A stretch of DNA of 64,000 bases from Octopus sinensis. Its lineage: Eukaryota. A program made the position numbers and the translations under genes. The stretch spans positions 1,302,001 through 1,366,000 of the forward strand of contig NC_043026.1 of the NCBI RefSeq assembly GCF_006345805.1, read 5' to 3'. Positions 13,966 to 27,030 of the stretch are shown one piece after another. The notes under the pieces are model-generated. The model saw nothing but the letters and a program-made list of their open reading frames with translations, made no database searches and had not been told where the DNA came from. How positions within the stretch are numbered: the first letter of the stretch is position 1; the number at the start of each line of letters is the position of its first letter.

Positions 13966-14038
<73 letters not shown>

Positions 14039-14055
14039 ATATATATATATATATA

Positions 14056-14461
14056 TTCTCTTTACTCTTTTACTCTTTTACTTGTTTCAGTCATTTGACT
14101 GCGGCCATGCTGGAGCACCGCCTTTAGTCGAGCAAATCGACCCCAGGACTTATTCTTTGTAAGCCCAGTACTTATTCTATCGGTCTCTTTTGCCGAACCG
14201 CTAAGAGACGGGGACGTAAACACACCAGCATCGGTTGTCAAGCAATGCTAGGGGGACAAACATAGACACACAAACATATATATATACATACATATATACG
14301 ACGGGCTTCTTTCAGTTTCCGTCTACCAAATCCACTCACAAGGCATTGGTCGGCCCGAGGCTATAGTTGTAGACACTTGCCCAAGATGCCACGCAGTGGG
14401 ACTGAACCCGGAACCATGTGGTTGGTAAGCAAGCTACTTACCACACAGCCACTCCTGCGCC
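14056..14461 (-). mobile_element. tRNA-derived SINE, major family, full length
   Basis: Minus strand GGCGCAGGAGTGGCTGTGTGG (A box)...GGTTCAGTCCC (B box)...TTGGGCAAGTGTC, tail (AAAGAGT)n. Confidence 0.8.
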
Positions 14462-14504
14462 TATATATATATATATATATATATATATCTTTCTCTTCTC
14501 ACTT

Positions 14505-14890
14505 TTTACTTGTTTCAGTCATTTTGACTGCGGCCATGCTGGAGTACTGCCTTTTAATCGAGCAACTCGACCCCGGGACTTATTCTTTGTAAGCCCAGTA
14601 CTTATTCTATCGGTCTCTTTTGCTGAACCGCTAAGTGACGGGGACATAAACACACCAGAATCGGTTGTCAAGCAATGCTAGGGGGACAAATACAGACACA
14701 CAAACATACATATATATACATATATACGACGGGCTTCTTTCAGTTTCTATCTACCAAATCCACTCACAAGGCTTTGGTCGGCCTGAGGCTATAGTAGAAG
14801 ACACTTGCCCAAGGTGCCACGCAGTGGGACTAATCCCAGAACCATGTGGTTGGTAAACAAGCTACTTACCACACAGCCACTCCTTCGCCT
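14505..14890 (-). mobile_element. tRNA-derived SINE, major family
   Basis: Second adjacent copy homologous to 14056-14461. Confidence 0.8.
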
Positions 14891-14908
14891 ATATGTATAT
14901 ATATATAT

Positions 14909-15326
<418 letters not shown>

Positions 15327-15518
15327 TATATAACTACAAAATTAGAGAATGGAGAAACATACTTAAATCAATAAAACATCAACTATCAGATGATACCCAA
15401 TCAATACTTAATACACCATTACATATCAGTAAAGGCATTATACAAAATATACAGTAAGAGTAAATAGACAAAGAGATATAAGTATAAAATTTCAAATATA
15501 ATATGTAATTAAATCAAA

Positions 15519-15628
15519 TCTGACAGCTGTTTCGGCAGTGAGGGCAGTCATACCTCATTTAACCTATAAGCCATAAAGGCAGGTATAAATGAGGCATTAA
15601 CAAGGATGCCCCACGGCCTCTTCAGAGA
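15519..15628 (-). ncRNA. Type I hammerhead with long stem II (inverted copy)
   Basis: Reverse complement of 16508-16617. Confidence 0.75.
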
Positions 15629-15970
15629 ATTAAATTTGTTATAATTGTGAAAAAGATTATTTAACCATATACATATAAATATAAAAATATAAAAATGTAA
15701 AATATAAAAACTTATACATAAACTTCATAGTGCTACACTTATATAATATAATACTCATTGGTACAATAATGGAAGGTAAACAGAACAAAATAAAACAAAA
15801 TATATATCAGTGTATATATTAATATTAATAAGCACAGTTATTATACATATTTGGCTAATAGTTTTTAAAAAAAAAAACTAACACATAGGGAGATGAAAAA
15901 TAATAATTAAAACCATGGTTCAGTTCATAAAATTATAAAGCTATAAAAGTTAATAAAAATTACTATTAAT

Positions 15971-16010
<40 letters not shown>

Positions 16011-16507
16011 GATACAGTTATGTTTGCACCAAGTCCATCCTTTCAAGATCGAAATAACTATGAGTTTAGAAATGCTGATCACTAGGTAATGATAATTTAG
16101 ATTAATTCGATTGGCTATTGGTTTGAAATTTAAATCACAAAAGAAATTATACGGTATAACCGTATAATTTCTTTAATATTAATAGTAATTTTTATTAACT
16201 TTTATAGCTTTATAATTTTATGGTTTTAATTATTATTTTTCATCTCCCTATGTATTAGTTTTTTTTTTTAAAAACTATTAGCCAAATATGTATAATATCG
16301 GTGCTTATTAATATTAATATATACACTGATATATATTTTGTTTTATTTTGTTCTGTTTACCTTCCATTATTGTACCAATGAGTATTATATTATATAAGTG
16401 TAGCACTATGAAGTTTATGTATAAGTTTTTATATTTTACATTTTTATATTTTTATATTTATATGTATATGGTTAAATAATCTTTTTCACAATTATAACAA
16501 ATTTAAT

Positions 16508-16617
16508 TCTCTGAAGAGGCCGTGGGGCATCCTTGTTAATGCCTCATTTATACCTGCCTTTATGGCTTATAGGTTAAATGAGGTATGACTGCCCTCACTG
16601 CCGAAACAGCTGTCAGA
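16508..16617 (+). ncRNA. Type I hammerhead with ~85-nt stem II hairpin
   Basis: TCT-CTGAAGA-GGC...GCC-GAAA-CAGCTG-TC-AGA; intact core, palindromic stem III ACAGCTGT, stem II inner helices GGGCA/TGCCC and GCCTCATTTA/TAAATGAGGT. Confidence 0.8.
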
Positions 16618-16995
16618 TTTGATTTAATTACATATTATATTTGAAATTTTATACTTATATCTCTTTGTCTATTACTCTTACTGTATATTTTGTATAATGC
16701 CTTTACTGATATGTAATGGTGTATTAAAGTATTGATTGGGTATCATCTGATAGTTGATGTTTTATTGATTTAAGTATGTTTCTCCATTCTCTAATTTTGT
16801 AGTATTAATTTACGGTAATATTATTACCTTTACCCATATAATACAATAGATGAACTGATTGTTTGGCAATTTTTAACATCTATGTATTAGTCTTGTTGGG
16901 TACCTATCTAGCAGTATATTGGATATATTATCCCATGGTGGGTTGAATTTTCAACCCCTATCTCATTTTATATATATATATATATATTATATATA

Positions 16996-17056
<61 letters not shown>

Positions 17057-17131
17057 GTATTATATATATGTATGTATATATATATATATATATATTATAT
17101 ATGTATGTATATATAATATATATATTATATA

Positions 17132-17178
<47 letters not shown>

Positions 17179-17214
17179 ATGTATATATATATATATAATA
17201 TATATATATGTATG

Positions 17215-17255
<41 letters not shown>

Positions 17256-17470
17256 TGTTGTATTTAGGAATGGTCATATTGCCAGTTTAGCCAATAAAAA
17301 CACACGCACTATATATTTGGTGTTACTTTGCTTCAGTGTTACACCAAATATATAGTGTGTGTGTTTTTATTGGCTAAACTGGCAAAATGACCATTCCTAA
17401 ATACAACAATATCTGTTTCAACACACGACTTCACATAAAAAATCTTGCACAACAAATATTTAAACGTATA
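17256..17470. mobile_element. Short inverted + direct pLTR terminus of the 10-14 kb PLE family
   Basis: ~66-bp arms (17258-17323 / 17341-17406), then the same tail as 13785-13845; between (TA)n tracts. A further deleted derivative lies at 18826-18888. Confidence 0.75.
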
Positions 17471-17482
17471 TATATATATATA

Positions 17483-18173
17483 TATAACCCTGGGCTGATC
17501 AAAGCCTCATGAGCAGATTGGTAGATGGAAACTGAAAGGAGCATGTCATATATATCATAATGATGATCAAAACTGGAAGCTGATGATAGCAAACGGAAAT
17601 ATTTGGTATATTGCACCTACCATTACTACCCATGTACATGTGTTTGTGTACATGCACACACACACAGACACACATGAAACGCGTGCATACAGAAGGGGCA
17701 AGTTTACAGAGTGAGAACATTAGATAAAATGCAGTGCAGTATTTGTTGTTTGTGGTTGTCTGCAATCTGATTTCAAAACTTGCAGAAAACCATCAGCGTA
17801 TTTCATTCTGCTGAGGTCAATCTGCACAAGGGGAAGGTTGGGCTCCACAAGTTTTAGAATGCTCAAGATATGCTATATGCCAGAGCACACTTACTCCATC
17901 AGAAGTGGCAGAACCCAAGGAAGGATGGATATGAGTGTACACACACACACTCACTCACACACACACACACACACACACATAGAAAAGAGAGAGTGCGTGT
18001 GCGGTGTATGCTTGTATAACATGATAGTTAGGCAAACAGATTTAAAGCTAGTAACTATAAATCTTAGATAATCAGATAAGTAAACAGATAAGCAGACAGA
18101 CAGACAGACAGGCAGACAGACAGATAGATAGATAGATAGTTAGATAGATAGATAGATAGACAGACAGAGATAG

Positions 18174-18204
<31 letters not shown>

Positions 18205-18217
18205 CAGACAGAGATAG

Positions 18218-18316
<99 letters not shown>

Positions 18317-18460
18317 GAGGTACATAGACTGACAGATAGAGAAATAGACAGGTAGGTAGGCTGGGAGATAGATAAACATCCAAACAGACAGATAAATTGT
18401 TCAGTTGATTGACTGATGTATCAATTATTCAATCTACATAAAAACAACATACCTGCCTCA
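17483..18460. repeat. Left arm of ~1-kb inverted duplication (partner 21246-22247)
   Basis: Near-identical reverse complement including non-TE-looking sequence and the (GATA)n tract. Confidence 0.9.
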
Positions 18461-18469
18461 TACCTATAT

Positions 18470-18800
18470 ATGGCTCAGTGGTTAGAGCGTCGAACTTACG
18501 ATCGTGAGGTTGTGAGCTCGAATCCCGGACCGGGCTGCGTGTTGTGTTCTCGAGCAAGGCACTTTATTTCACGTTGCTCCAGTTCACTCAGCTGTAGAAA
18601 TGAGTTGCGACGTCACTGGTGCCAAGCTGTATCGACATTTGCCCTTCCCTTGGATAACACTGGTGGCGTGGAGAGGGGAGGCTGGTATGCATGGGCGACT
18701 GCTGGTCTTCCATAAACAACCTTGCCCGGACTTGTGTCTAGGAGGGTAACTTTCTAGGTGCAATCCCATGGTCATTCATGACCGAAGGGGGTCTTTACCC
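18470..18800 (+). mobile_element. tRNA-derived SINE
   Basis: TGGCTCAGTGGTTAGAGC (A box), GCTCGAATCCC (B box), then GTGTTGTGTTCTCGAGCAAGGCACTT. Confidence 0.75.
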
Positions 18801-19798
18801 ATAATATATATATATATATATATATATTGTTATATTTCGGAATGGTTAAATTGCCAGTTTAGCCAATAAAAAATCTTGCACAACAAATATATATATATAT
18901 GTATATATATGTATTTATATACATATATATAGATATAGATATACATATGGGTGTATTGTGTGTTTATATATTTAAACCAACTGCTTCAAGTAGGTTCATT
19001 CCTCTGCAATAATATCATGCGATGGTTGTAAACAAACTTGTTGTTTGTTTCCAGTCTTCCTTGAAAAATCTCTGGCCACGGGTAATGTTACTTTGCTTGG
19101 AAACAGGTGAGGGTTGGTGACACGAAGGCCATTCGGTCGTAGAAAATCTGCCTCAACACATACCATTTGGTCGATGCAAACATGGGAAACTGATCATTAA
19201 ATAATGGATGGATGGAAATATGCCTAAATACATAAATTCAGTAACTTCCACCTTCCACCCCATATTTATAATGTTGCATGACACGCACGCATACAGTATG
19301 AATGGATGTGTATTATATATATAAATCGAGAGGAACCCCTCTGTGATAGCTAGAGCGAGTAGAAATAGTACTCAAATCTCCCGTACTGTCTTATATATGT
19401 ATGGACCAATGAGGGTCATCCCTTCATCCTATCTGGATCTGTGAGAAATAGCAGACAAATCCCCCATAAACCAAACTGTATTGTTTGAAATAAGACGTTA
19501 GAAAATGCCGACAAGGCAGTCACTGATGGAATGCTTTTGATATGTCTACGGAGTGTTCAAATACTACAACCACAACTGCTACTACTGCTACTACAATGAC
19601 CACAACAAACCAGTAATGGAGTCTCGGGGTGGTTTTTAAACTTGGTAGAAATCGTTGTTAAATATTACACAATTGAAGCCATATCGAAAGGGCAAGTCGG
19701 AAAAATAATCTGTAAAAAAGAAAGTGAAGGGATAGTCACGGTTGAAACGACGTCTTTGACCACGGGTCCGTTTGAATGGGGCTGACTCCGGTTAAACT

Positions 19799-20511
19799 CT
19801 TTTCTTTATTAACCATATAGGTTTAAATGGAGAGAGGACGAAAACAAGGACAGGCTGACAGAGAAGGGGTCGGGGATCGAATGGAGTTGACAGTATGAAC
19901 GTTTAAAAATTACAAAATCGAATATTGACAAAGAAACGAATCGAATTTTTCAAAAATGAAGCGGAGGACGTGGGTGACCCCACAAACCACGTTCTCGCAC
20001 TGAAGAATTTACTTTTTTTCCATTTCTGTTCTTGCTTAAACAGGTTCTTTCACTCTCAACACACTTGCCACAGACTTCCTTCTTTTCCGAAACACACCGT
20101 GCGACAGGCATTTCTTCTCCAGCCTTTTTTTCTTTTCATATGGAAAAGGAAAAAGTTAACCAACCCAAGGCTGGAGATAAAAATGCCTGTTGCGATCCCT
20201 TTCACTCTAGTCTTCCACACTATCTCTTTGGCGATAGCTACTATCGACGAGAGAAAACAAGCCTGCTCTTCCCTGTTCAGGAAGGGCGGCGGAACGATCT
20301 TAATTATAGCTTCGGTCGACAGTTGTACTCTTCTTAGATGTGGCAGCAGATGTTCGACATAAGCTGAGAGTTCCGAAATCTTCGGACATTGTACAATTGC
20401 ATGCAGAACAGTTTCACTGTCCTCCTTGGACAAGTCGCCGTAGATGCAGAACCATACCTAAAAAGCTTATCCCTTTAAACAGGTAAAGCACCTGCCAGGC
20501 CAGGGACTTCT
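19799..20511 (-). mobile_element. 5'-truncated L1/Tx1-like LINE with 29-bp target-site duplication
   Basis: Minus-strand zinc-knuckle remnant TCP..K.EDSETVLHAIVQCP...IAKEIVWKTR; AATAAAGAAAA at its 3' end; flanked by GTTTGAATGGGGCTGACTCCGGTTAAACT (19770-19798) and GTTTGAATAGGGCTGGCTCCGGTTAAACT (20512-20540). Confidence 0.75.
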
Positions 20512-20949
20512 GTTTGAATAGGGCTGGCTCCGGTTAAACTACAGCAGCAGTAATAACATCAACAGCTGCAACAACAGCAATAATAATAGTAGCAGCATGA
20601 GAGAGGAGGGGGAGGAGAAAGAGAGTGGCAAGCGAAAGAAGGAATGGCAGTGAGAGGCAGTAAAATAAGTAATAGTAAGGGTAACAGGAAAAGCGATAAT
20701 AAAATTAGAGAGAGAGAGAGAGAAAAGAGAGGCAAATTGGCTAAGTTAGGAAGGAGGGGGAAGAGACCAGAGAAAGAGAGAGAGGCTAAGGTAGGAAGTA
20801 GGAGAGAAGCCAGAGTATTAGAGAAAAAGAAGGGATAAAAAGCAACAAGAGATTGACAGAGAGAAGAAAAGAGTGAAGAGGTCAGCGTTAGAAAGGCAGC
20901 GGGAGACTGGCTTAGCTGGAGAAAAGGAAAGAGAGCAACTATGAAGGGA

Positions 20950-21100
20950 GAAAAAGAGTGAGAGAGAGCAGCGAGGAAGAGAGAAAAAGAGTGAGAGAGC
21001 AGTGAGGAAGAGAGAAAAAGAGTGAGAGAGCAGTGAGGAAGAGAGAAAAAGAGTGAGAGAGCAGTGAGGAAGAGAGAAAAAGAGTGAGAGAGAAAAAGAG
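20950..21100 (+). repeat. 31-bp purine-rich minisatellite, about 4.5 copies
   Basis: AAAAAGAGTGAGAGAGCAGTGAGGAAGAGAG repeated; AGTGAGG recurs at 21001, 21032 and 21063. Confidence 0.85.
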
Positions 21101-21245
21101 CGAGTGAGCAGCGAGGCAAGCTGGCTAACGTGAAAGAAAACAATACTGACGGTTTACAAAACATGCAAGATATTTGGGTGTCTTCGATGTTCAAGAGTCT
21201 CGGTCTACAGAATAAATTGGAACACGTTGGACTTGTTGGCTGGTC

Positions 21246-21409
21246 TGAGGCAGGTATGTTGTTTTTATGTAGATTGAATAATTGATACATCAGTCAATCA
21301 ACTGAACAATTTATCTGTCTGTTTGGATGTTTATCTATCTCCCAGCCTACCTACCTGTGTATCTGTCTGTCTACCTGTCTATTTCTCTATCTGTCAGTCT
21401 ATGTACCTC

Positions 21410-21496
<87 letters not shown>

Positions 21497-21503
21497 CTAT
21501 CTG

Positions 21504-21546
<43 letters not shown>

Positions 21547-21553
21547 CTATCTG

Positions 21554-21585
<32 letters not shown>

Positions 21586-22247
21586 ACTATCTATCTATCT
21601 ATCTGTCTGTCTGTCTGCCTGTCTGTCTGTCTGTCTGCTTATCTGTTTACTTATCTGATTATCTAAGATTTATAGTTACTAGCTTTAAATCTGTTTGCCT
21701 AACTATCATGTTATACAAGCACACACCGCACACGCACTCTCTCTTTTCTATGTGTGTGTGTGTGTGTGTGTGTGAGTGAGTGTGTATGTGTACACTCATA
21801 TCCATCCTTCCTTGGGTTCTGCCACTTCTGATGGAGTAAGTGTGCTCTGGCATATAGCATATCTTGAGCATTCTAAAACTTGTGGAGCCCAACCTTCCCC
21901 TTGTGCAGATTGACCTCAGCAGAATGAAATACGCTGATGGTTTTCTGCAAGTTTTGAAATCAGATTGCAGACAACCACAAACAACAAATACTGCACTGCA
22001 TTTTATCTAATGTTCTCACTCTGTAAACTTGCCCCTTCTGTATGCACGCGTTTCATGTGTGTCTGTGTGTGTGTGCATGTACACAAACACATGTACATGG
22101 GTAGTAATGGTAGGTGCAATATACCAAATATTTCCGTTTGCTATCATCAGCTTCCAGTTTTGATCATCATTATGATATATATGACATGCTCCTTTCAGTT
22201 TCCATCTACCAATCTGCTCATGAGGCTTTGATCAGCCCAGGGTTATA
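21246..22247. repeat. Right arm of ~1-kb inverted duplication
   Basis: Reverse complement of 17483-18460, including (TATC)n. Confidence 0.9.
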
Positions 22248-22348
22248 GTGGAGGATACTTGCCCAAGGTGACATGCAGTGGGACTGAACCTGGAACTATG
22301 TGGTTGGGAAACATACTACTTAGCTACACAACCACCCCTGCACATAGA

Positions 22349-22379
<31 letters not shown>

Positions 22380-22763
22380 TACTCTTTTACTTGTTTCAGT
22401 CATTTGACTGCGGCCATGTTGGAGCACCGCCTTTAGTCGAGCAAATCGACCCCGGGACTTATTCTTTGTAAGCCCAGTACTTATTCTATCGGACTCTTTT
22501 TGCCGAACCGCTAAGTGACGGGGACGTAAACACACCAGCATCGGTTGTCAAGCAATGCTAGGGGGACAAACACAGACACACACACATACACACACATATA
22601 TATATACGACAGGCTTCTTTCAGTTTCCGTCTACCAAATCCACTCACAAGGCATTGGTCGGCCTGAGGCTATAGCATAAGACACTTGCCCAAGATGCCAC
22701 GCAGTGGGACTGAACCCGGAACCATGTGGTTGGTTAGCAAGCTACTTACCACACAGCCACTCC
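22170..22763 (-). mobile_element. Two major-family SINE copies (22170-22345 5' half; 22380-22763 full)
   Basis: Homology to 14056-14461. Confidence 0.75.
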
Positions 22764-22809
22764 TGTGTCTATATCTCACAGTATCGATCAGAACGTCAGA
22801 TGCTGTTTT

Positions 22810-23190
22810 ACACTGCTGGTCACAATGCACTTCCAATTTTGTTTTGATTGAACCATTCTTTTCCACCTTGACTCAAATTGCTTGACTAAAATGTCTTCCC
22901 ATCATTGTGGAGGCCTTCCAATTGACCTTTTCCAATCTGTTGAATACTACTTCCAATCTCACAGGTCTCTCTGTTATGAACCATGAAACATGTCTGGCCC
23001 AGCAGAACTTGGATTTTTGTCACTCTGCGATCACATTATTCACTGCACTCTGTTCTCAAATTATTTCATTTTGAATATGTTCTTGTAACGATATACCTTG
23101 ATGTCATTAGCCCTTTGTGTTGTAGCCAATCAATGTTCCATCCTCGTCATAGTTGCCCATGTCTCACTTGCATATAAGAGCACACGCATG
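22810..23190 (-). pseudogene. Degenerate RTE ORF2 C-terminal fragment
   Basis: Minus-strand remnants ASETWATM, KFCWARHV, KRSIGRPPQ*WEDIL. Confidence 0.5.
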
Positions 23191-23279
23191 GCGGTGCTAT
23201 TAAACAGTATGACAAACTCTTTTCATCATCATCATTATCACCATTTAACATCCATTGTCCCTGCTGGTATGGGTTGAAC

Positions 23280-23465
23280 GGTTTTGCTTTCGCTAATCAT
23301 GACATTGAAATTATTGTAATTTTGTATTTTCATAAGATTTTAGTACGTTTTTGTATGAAAGTTTGTGAATAAATCAAACTTTCATGCAAAAGCATGGATT
23401 AAAATTGTCTTAAGAAAATACAAAATTACAATAATTTCAATGTCATGATTAGCGAAAGCAAAACC
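23280..23465. repeat. Fold-back palindrome, about 186 bp
   Basis: Perfect ~52-bp outer arms GGTTTTGCTTTCGCTAATCATGACATTGAAATTATTGTAATTTTGTATTTTC, continuing imperfectly inward. Confidence 0.9.
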
Positions 23466-23619
23466 GGTCGACAACCACAATACTCTTTCATTTAAAATAT
23501 ATTAAAACTATGTTAACTGTGTGTATTTTCCTTTTATTTTTATATATATATATTTTGCATTACAACTCACCAAGTGGGAATAATCGAAATTCTCTTCCTC
23601 CCTTTTCTTATTATACATA

Positions 23620-23830
23620 TATATCATCATCATTGTTTAATGTCCGTTTTCCATGCTGGCATGGGGGTTGGATGGTTTGATTGAAGACTAGCAAGCCAGT
23701 AGGCTGCACCAGGCTCCAGTCTGACCTGGCAAGGTTTCTACAGCTGGATGCCCTTCCTAATACCAACCACTCTGAGAGTGGGTGCTTTTTACATGCCACT
23801 GACATGGGAGCCAGTCAGAGACTCTGGTAT
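23620..23830 (-). mobile_element. RTE 3' UTR fragment
   Basis: Same family as 849-1200. Confidence 0.7.
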
Positions 23831-24329
23831 GCAAGCCAAATGAGAGGCAGTCCTATATCAACACAGCCTACTCCTTCCACCCTCCTATTATGCTCAAGAA
23901 CCTTGTGAAGGTTGTCAACAACAAGATCTCAACAAGATCTCTACTACAAGGAGGCACTGGTGTCCAGTGGGTTTAAGAACCATGTCCCCTACATGCCAGA
24001 CCCTAGCACCCACAAAAGGAAGCACCACTGAAACATCATTTGGTTTGCCCCACCCTTCGCATTCAACATCAAACTTGTGTGAGAAGAATACTCCTCAGAT
24101 TAGTAGACAAACACACAGATACAGATGTTTGGTCAATAGGCACAACCTAATGGTTTCCTTTAGTTGTGCATCCAATATGAAAAGTATATTAGCTAACACC
24201 CATAAAATGTAGGAAGAAGCTGGTTGCTCTTGCAGGGTGTACAATGACTGTCTAGTGAGAGGCTAATGCAAGGTCAAGGGAGTCATCTATTAGTTAGTGG
24301 GAAACCTAAATTTTCTATAGGTTCACCTG

Positions 24330-24607
24330 TTTATAGCATCACTGAAACCAATATCTTGCTCAGGATTACTCAACTGAAGTTGGTGCTTGAAATCTTCAGC
24401 AAGATCATTTCTGAACTTATTCTACAGTTCAAAAGGATTATTTACTTCACAATTTTTGAGAATGATAGCAGAAAGACCTCTTAAACTCTTTGGTGTTTTT
24501 GATATTGAAGCTTCTTCCAGTGTTGCTTCCCGTTGCTGATAATTTGCAAGCAAACCTAACTTCAAACATGCTTCTCGATATGTTCTGCAAATCTTACCAT
24601 CTTGCAA
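24330..24607 (-). pseudogene. Helitron Rep/helicase fragment
   Basis: TYREACLKLGLLANYQQREATLEEASISKTPKSLRGLSAIILKNCEVNNPFEL matches the TF.EAC..LGLL.DD.EW...L.EA...P..LR.LFA.IL..C.V..P..LW block of RepHel proteins. Confidence 0.75.
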
Positions 24608-24609
24608 AC

Positions 24610-25600
24610 TTCCCTCTGCATCCGGATCTCATGTCTCACTATCATGGAGTATAGCTGTTCATATGCATTTGCAATTTACCTTTCACTCTGAGAGAGAATC
24701 CTTTTTTTGTCAACAGAGGTAGTAGTTCTCTGAACTTCCTCCATGCTATTTGTATTTTAGAAACAATACTTTCAGAGCATCCACCCCTGTTGCTAATTTC
24801 GTCACCTAGGCAACAGAAACACTCTACTACCTCAAGAGAGCCAGCTGGACATTTGAGAGAGTCTGAATCTCGTGCTCTTAGTGTTTATTGTTCCTGCACA
24901 TCTGCTGCACACAAAGGTGAACTTATCTGTTAATCTACCTGTATCTCTTACACATCCATGGCTTATATTGGGTGCAACGAATGGAATTACTTCCCACTCC
25001 TTTCTTACAAACTGAGCAGGGCCATTTGTCTGAGAGAGATAAATTCTTATCTACTTTCTTGCTAACAACAGCTTTGGTCTTAGCTAGATTAACTTTAAGG
25101 CCCTTTGATTCCAGATTTTGCTTCCATACCTGGAATTTCTTCTCCAATTCTGCTACAGATTCTGCAATAAGAATGAGGTCACCAGTGTATAGAAGTTCCC
25201 TGGGCATCCAGTTTTGAATTCCACTGTTATGGCCTAGAGGACTATAATGAATAGGAATGGATTAAGAACTGATCCCTGCTGAACCCCTACCTGTATGCTA
25301 AATTCATCACTGTATTCATGGCCAACTCTCACCTCACTGACAGCATTTCTGTACATGGCACCCCTCTATTCCTAGCATCCTTAGAGACTACTATATAACA
25401 GAGCACGGGACACTGTCAAAAGCTTTCTCCAGGTCAATGAAAGTGGCTTACTTTTGGCCAAATCATTTTCCTGCAGCTGTCTCACTAGCAAGACGGTATT
25501 TGTGGTATTCTTCCCACATATAAAACCAAACTGCATCTCATCTAATTCAAAGTATAATCACTAGCATTCCATTTCTGACCATGTCATCTTTGTGATATTT
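24610..25600 (-). pseudogene. Degenerate RTE reverse transcriptase fragment
   Basis: LLYTGDLILIAES (decayed YADD), GLKVNLAKTK, AWRKFRELLPLL. Confidence 0.75.
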
Positions 25601-25696
25601 TCAATTTCATTATCTAATGTAACCTTTTAAAGGGTAGGATAGTAAGGGTGTGATTTGAAGGGAATTTTGCTATTATTTCTGTCAGACCTAACTACT

Positions 25697-26068
25697 ATAC
25701 TCTTTACTCTTTTACTCTTTTACTTGTTTCAGTCATTTGACTGCGGCCATGCTGGAGCACCACCTTTTAGTACTTATTCTATCAGTCTCTTTTTGCCGAA
25801 CTGCTAAGTGACGGGGACGTAAACACACCAGCATCGGTTGTCAAGCAATGCTAGGGGAACAAACACAGACACACAAACACACACACATATATATATACAT
25901 ATATACGACAGGCTTCTTTCAGTTTCAGTCTACCAAATCCACTCACAAGGCATTGGTCGGCCCGGGGCTATAGCAGAAGACACTTGCCCAAGATGCCACG
26001 CAGTGGGACTGAACCCGCAACCGTGTGGTTGGTTAGCAAGCTACTTACCACACAGCCACTCCTGCGCC
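25697..26068 (-). mobile_element. Major-family SINE
   Basis: Homology to 14056-14461. Confidence 0.8.
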
Positions 26069-26351
26069 TATGTTGCAATTTCCCTCATTAGTTCATATGT
26101 ACATACATACATGCATGTACAAACACACACGCACACACACATACACAAAAATGTATACACATACACATCAAAATAATAGTCACAGTTGTATATAACAAGT
26201 AATGGAAAGGACAACAAAATCCAAGATTTTTCAGCATCAAAATCATTAGGACTCAGGGTTAAAGCTTGACTGATGAAGTGACTTTATCCATGTCTGCTTT
26301 TTGTTCTTTCTGTTAATATAAATATATGTGTGTGTATATGTAATGTTTATG

Positions 26352-26387
<36 letters not shown>

Positions 26388-26391
<4 letters not shown>

Positions 26392-27030
26392 ATCCTTGTG
26401 GTACCAGTGCCGGTGGCACGTAAGAAAACCATCCGAACAGGACCGTAGCCAGTACTGCATTGACTGGCCTCCATGCCTTGGGCATGTAACAAACACCATA
26501 TCCGATCGTAGCCGTTCGCCAGCCTCGTCTGGCACCTGTGTCGGTGGCACATAAGAAAAACACCGAAAACACATATCCGATCGTAGCCGTTCGCCAGCCT
26601 CGTCTGGCACCTGTGTCGGTGGCACATAAGAAAAACACCGAAAACACCATATCCGATCGTAGCCGTTCGCCAGCCTCGTCTGGCACCTGTGTCGGTGGCA
26701 CATAAGAAAAACACCGAAAACACCATATCCGATCGTAGCCGTTCGCCAGCCTCGTCTGGCACCTGTGTCGGTGGCACATAAGAAAAACACCGAAAACACC
26801 ATATCCGATCGTAGCCGTTCGCCAGCCTCGTCTGGCACCTGTGTCAGTGGCACATAAAATCACCTACTACACTCTCGGAGTGGTTGGCGTTAGGAAGGGC
26901 ATCCAGCTGTAGAAACACTGCCAGATCTGACTGGCCTGGTGCAGCCTTCGGGCTTGCCAGACCCCAGTTGAACCATCCAACCCATGCTACCATGGAAAGC
27001 GGACGTTAAACGATGATGATGATGATGATA
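26388..27030 (+). mobile_element. RTE 3' UTR with internal 76-bp tandem repeat x5
   Basis: TCCGATCGTAGCC recurs at 26501, 26576, 26652, 26728, 26804; ends GGACGTTAAACGATGATGAT. Confidence 0.85.

Larger units (their letters stand above)
15333..16968. mobile_element. AT-rich HHR-bearing element as inverted pair (arms 15333-15975 and 16173-16803) plus direct tail to 16968; PLE pLTR-like
   Basis: Arms are near-perfect reverse complements; (TA)n on both sides; homolog at 45290-45786 ends at the same CAACCCCTATCTCATTTT boundary. Confidence 0.8.

Noticed and set aside
21121-21259. Possible host exon (ANVKENNTDGLQNMQDIWVSSMFKSLGL...) ending at a CAG|GTATGT donor
   Set aside because: No upstream pyrimidine-rich acceptor, no recognisable protein and no partner exons.
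24060-24210. PLE linker-like remnant (LVNRHNLMVSFSCASNMKSIL)
   Set aside because: Too short and isolated to call with confidence.
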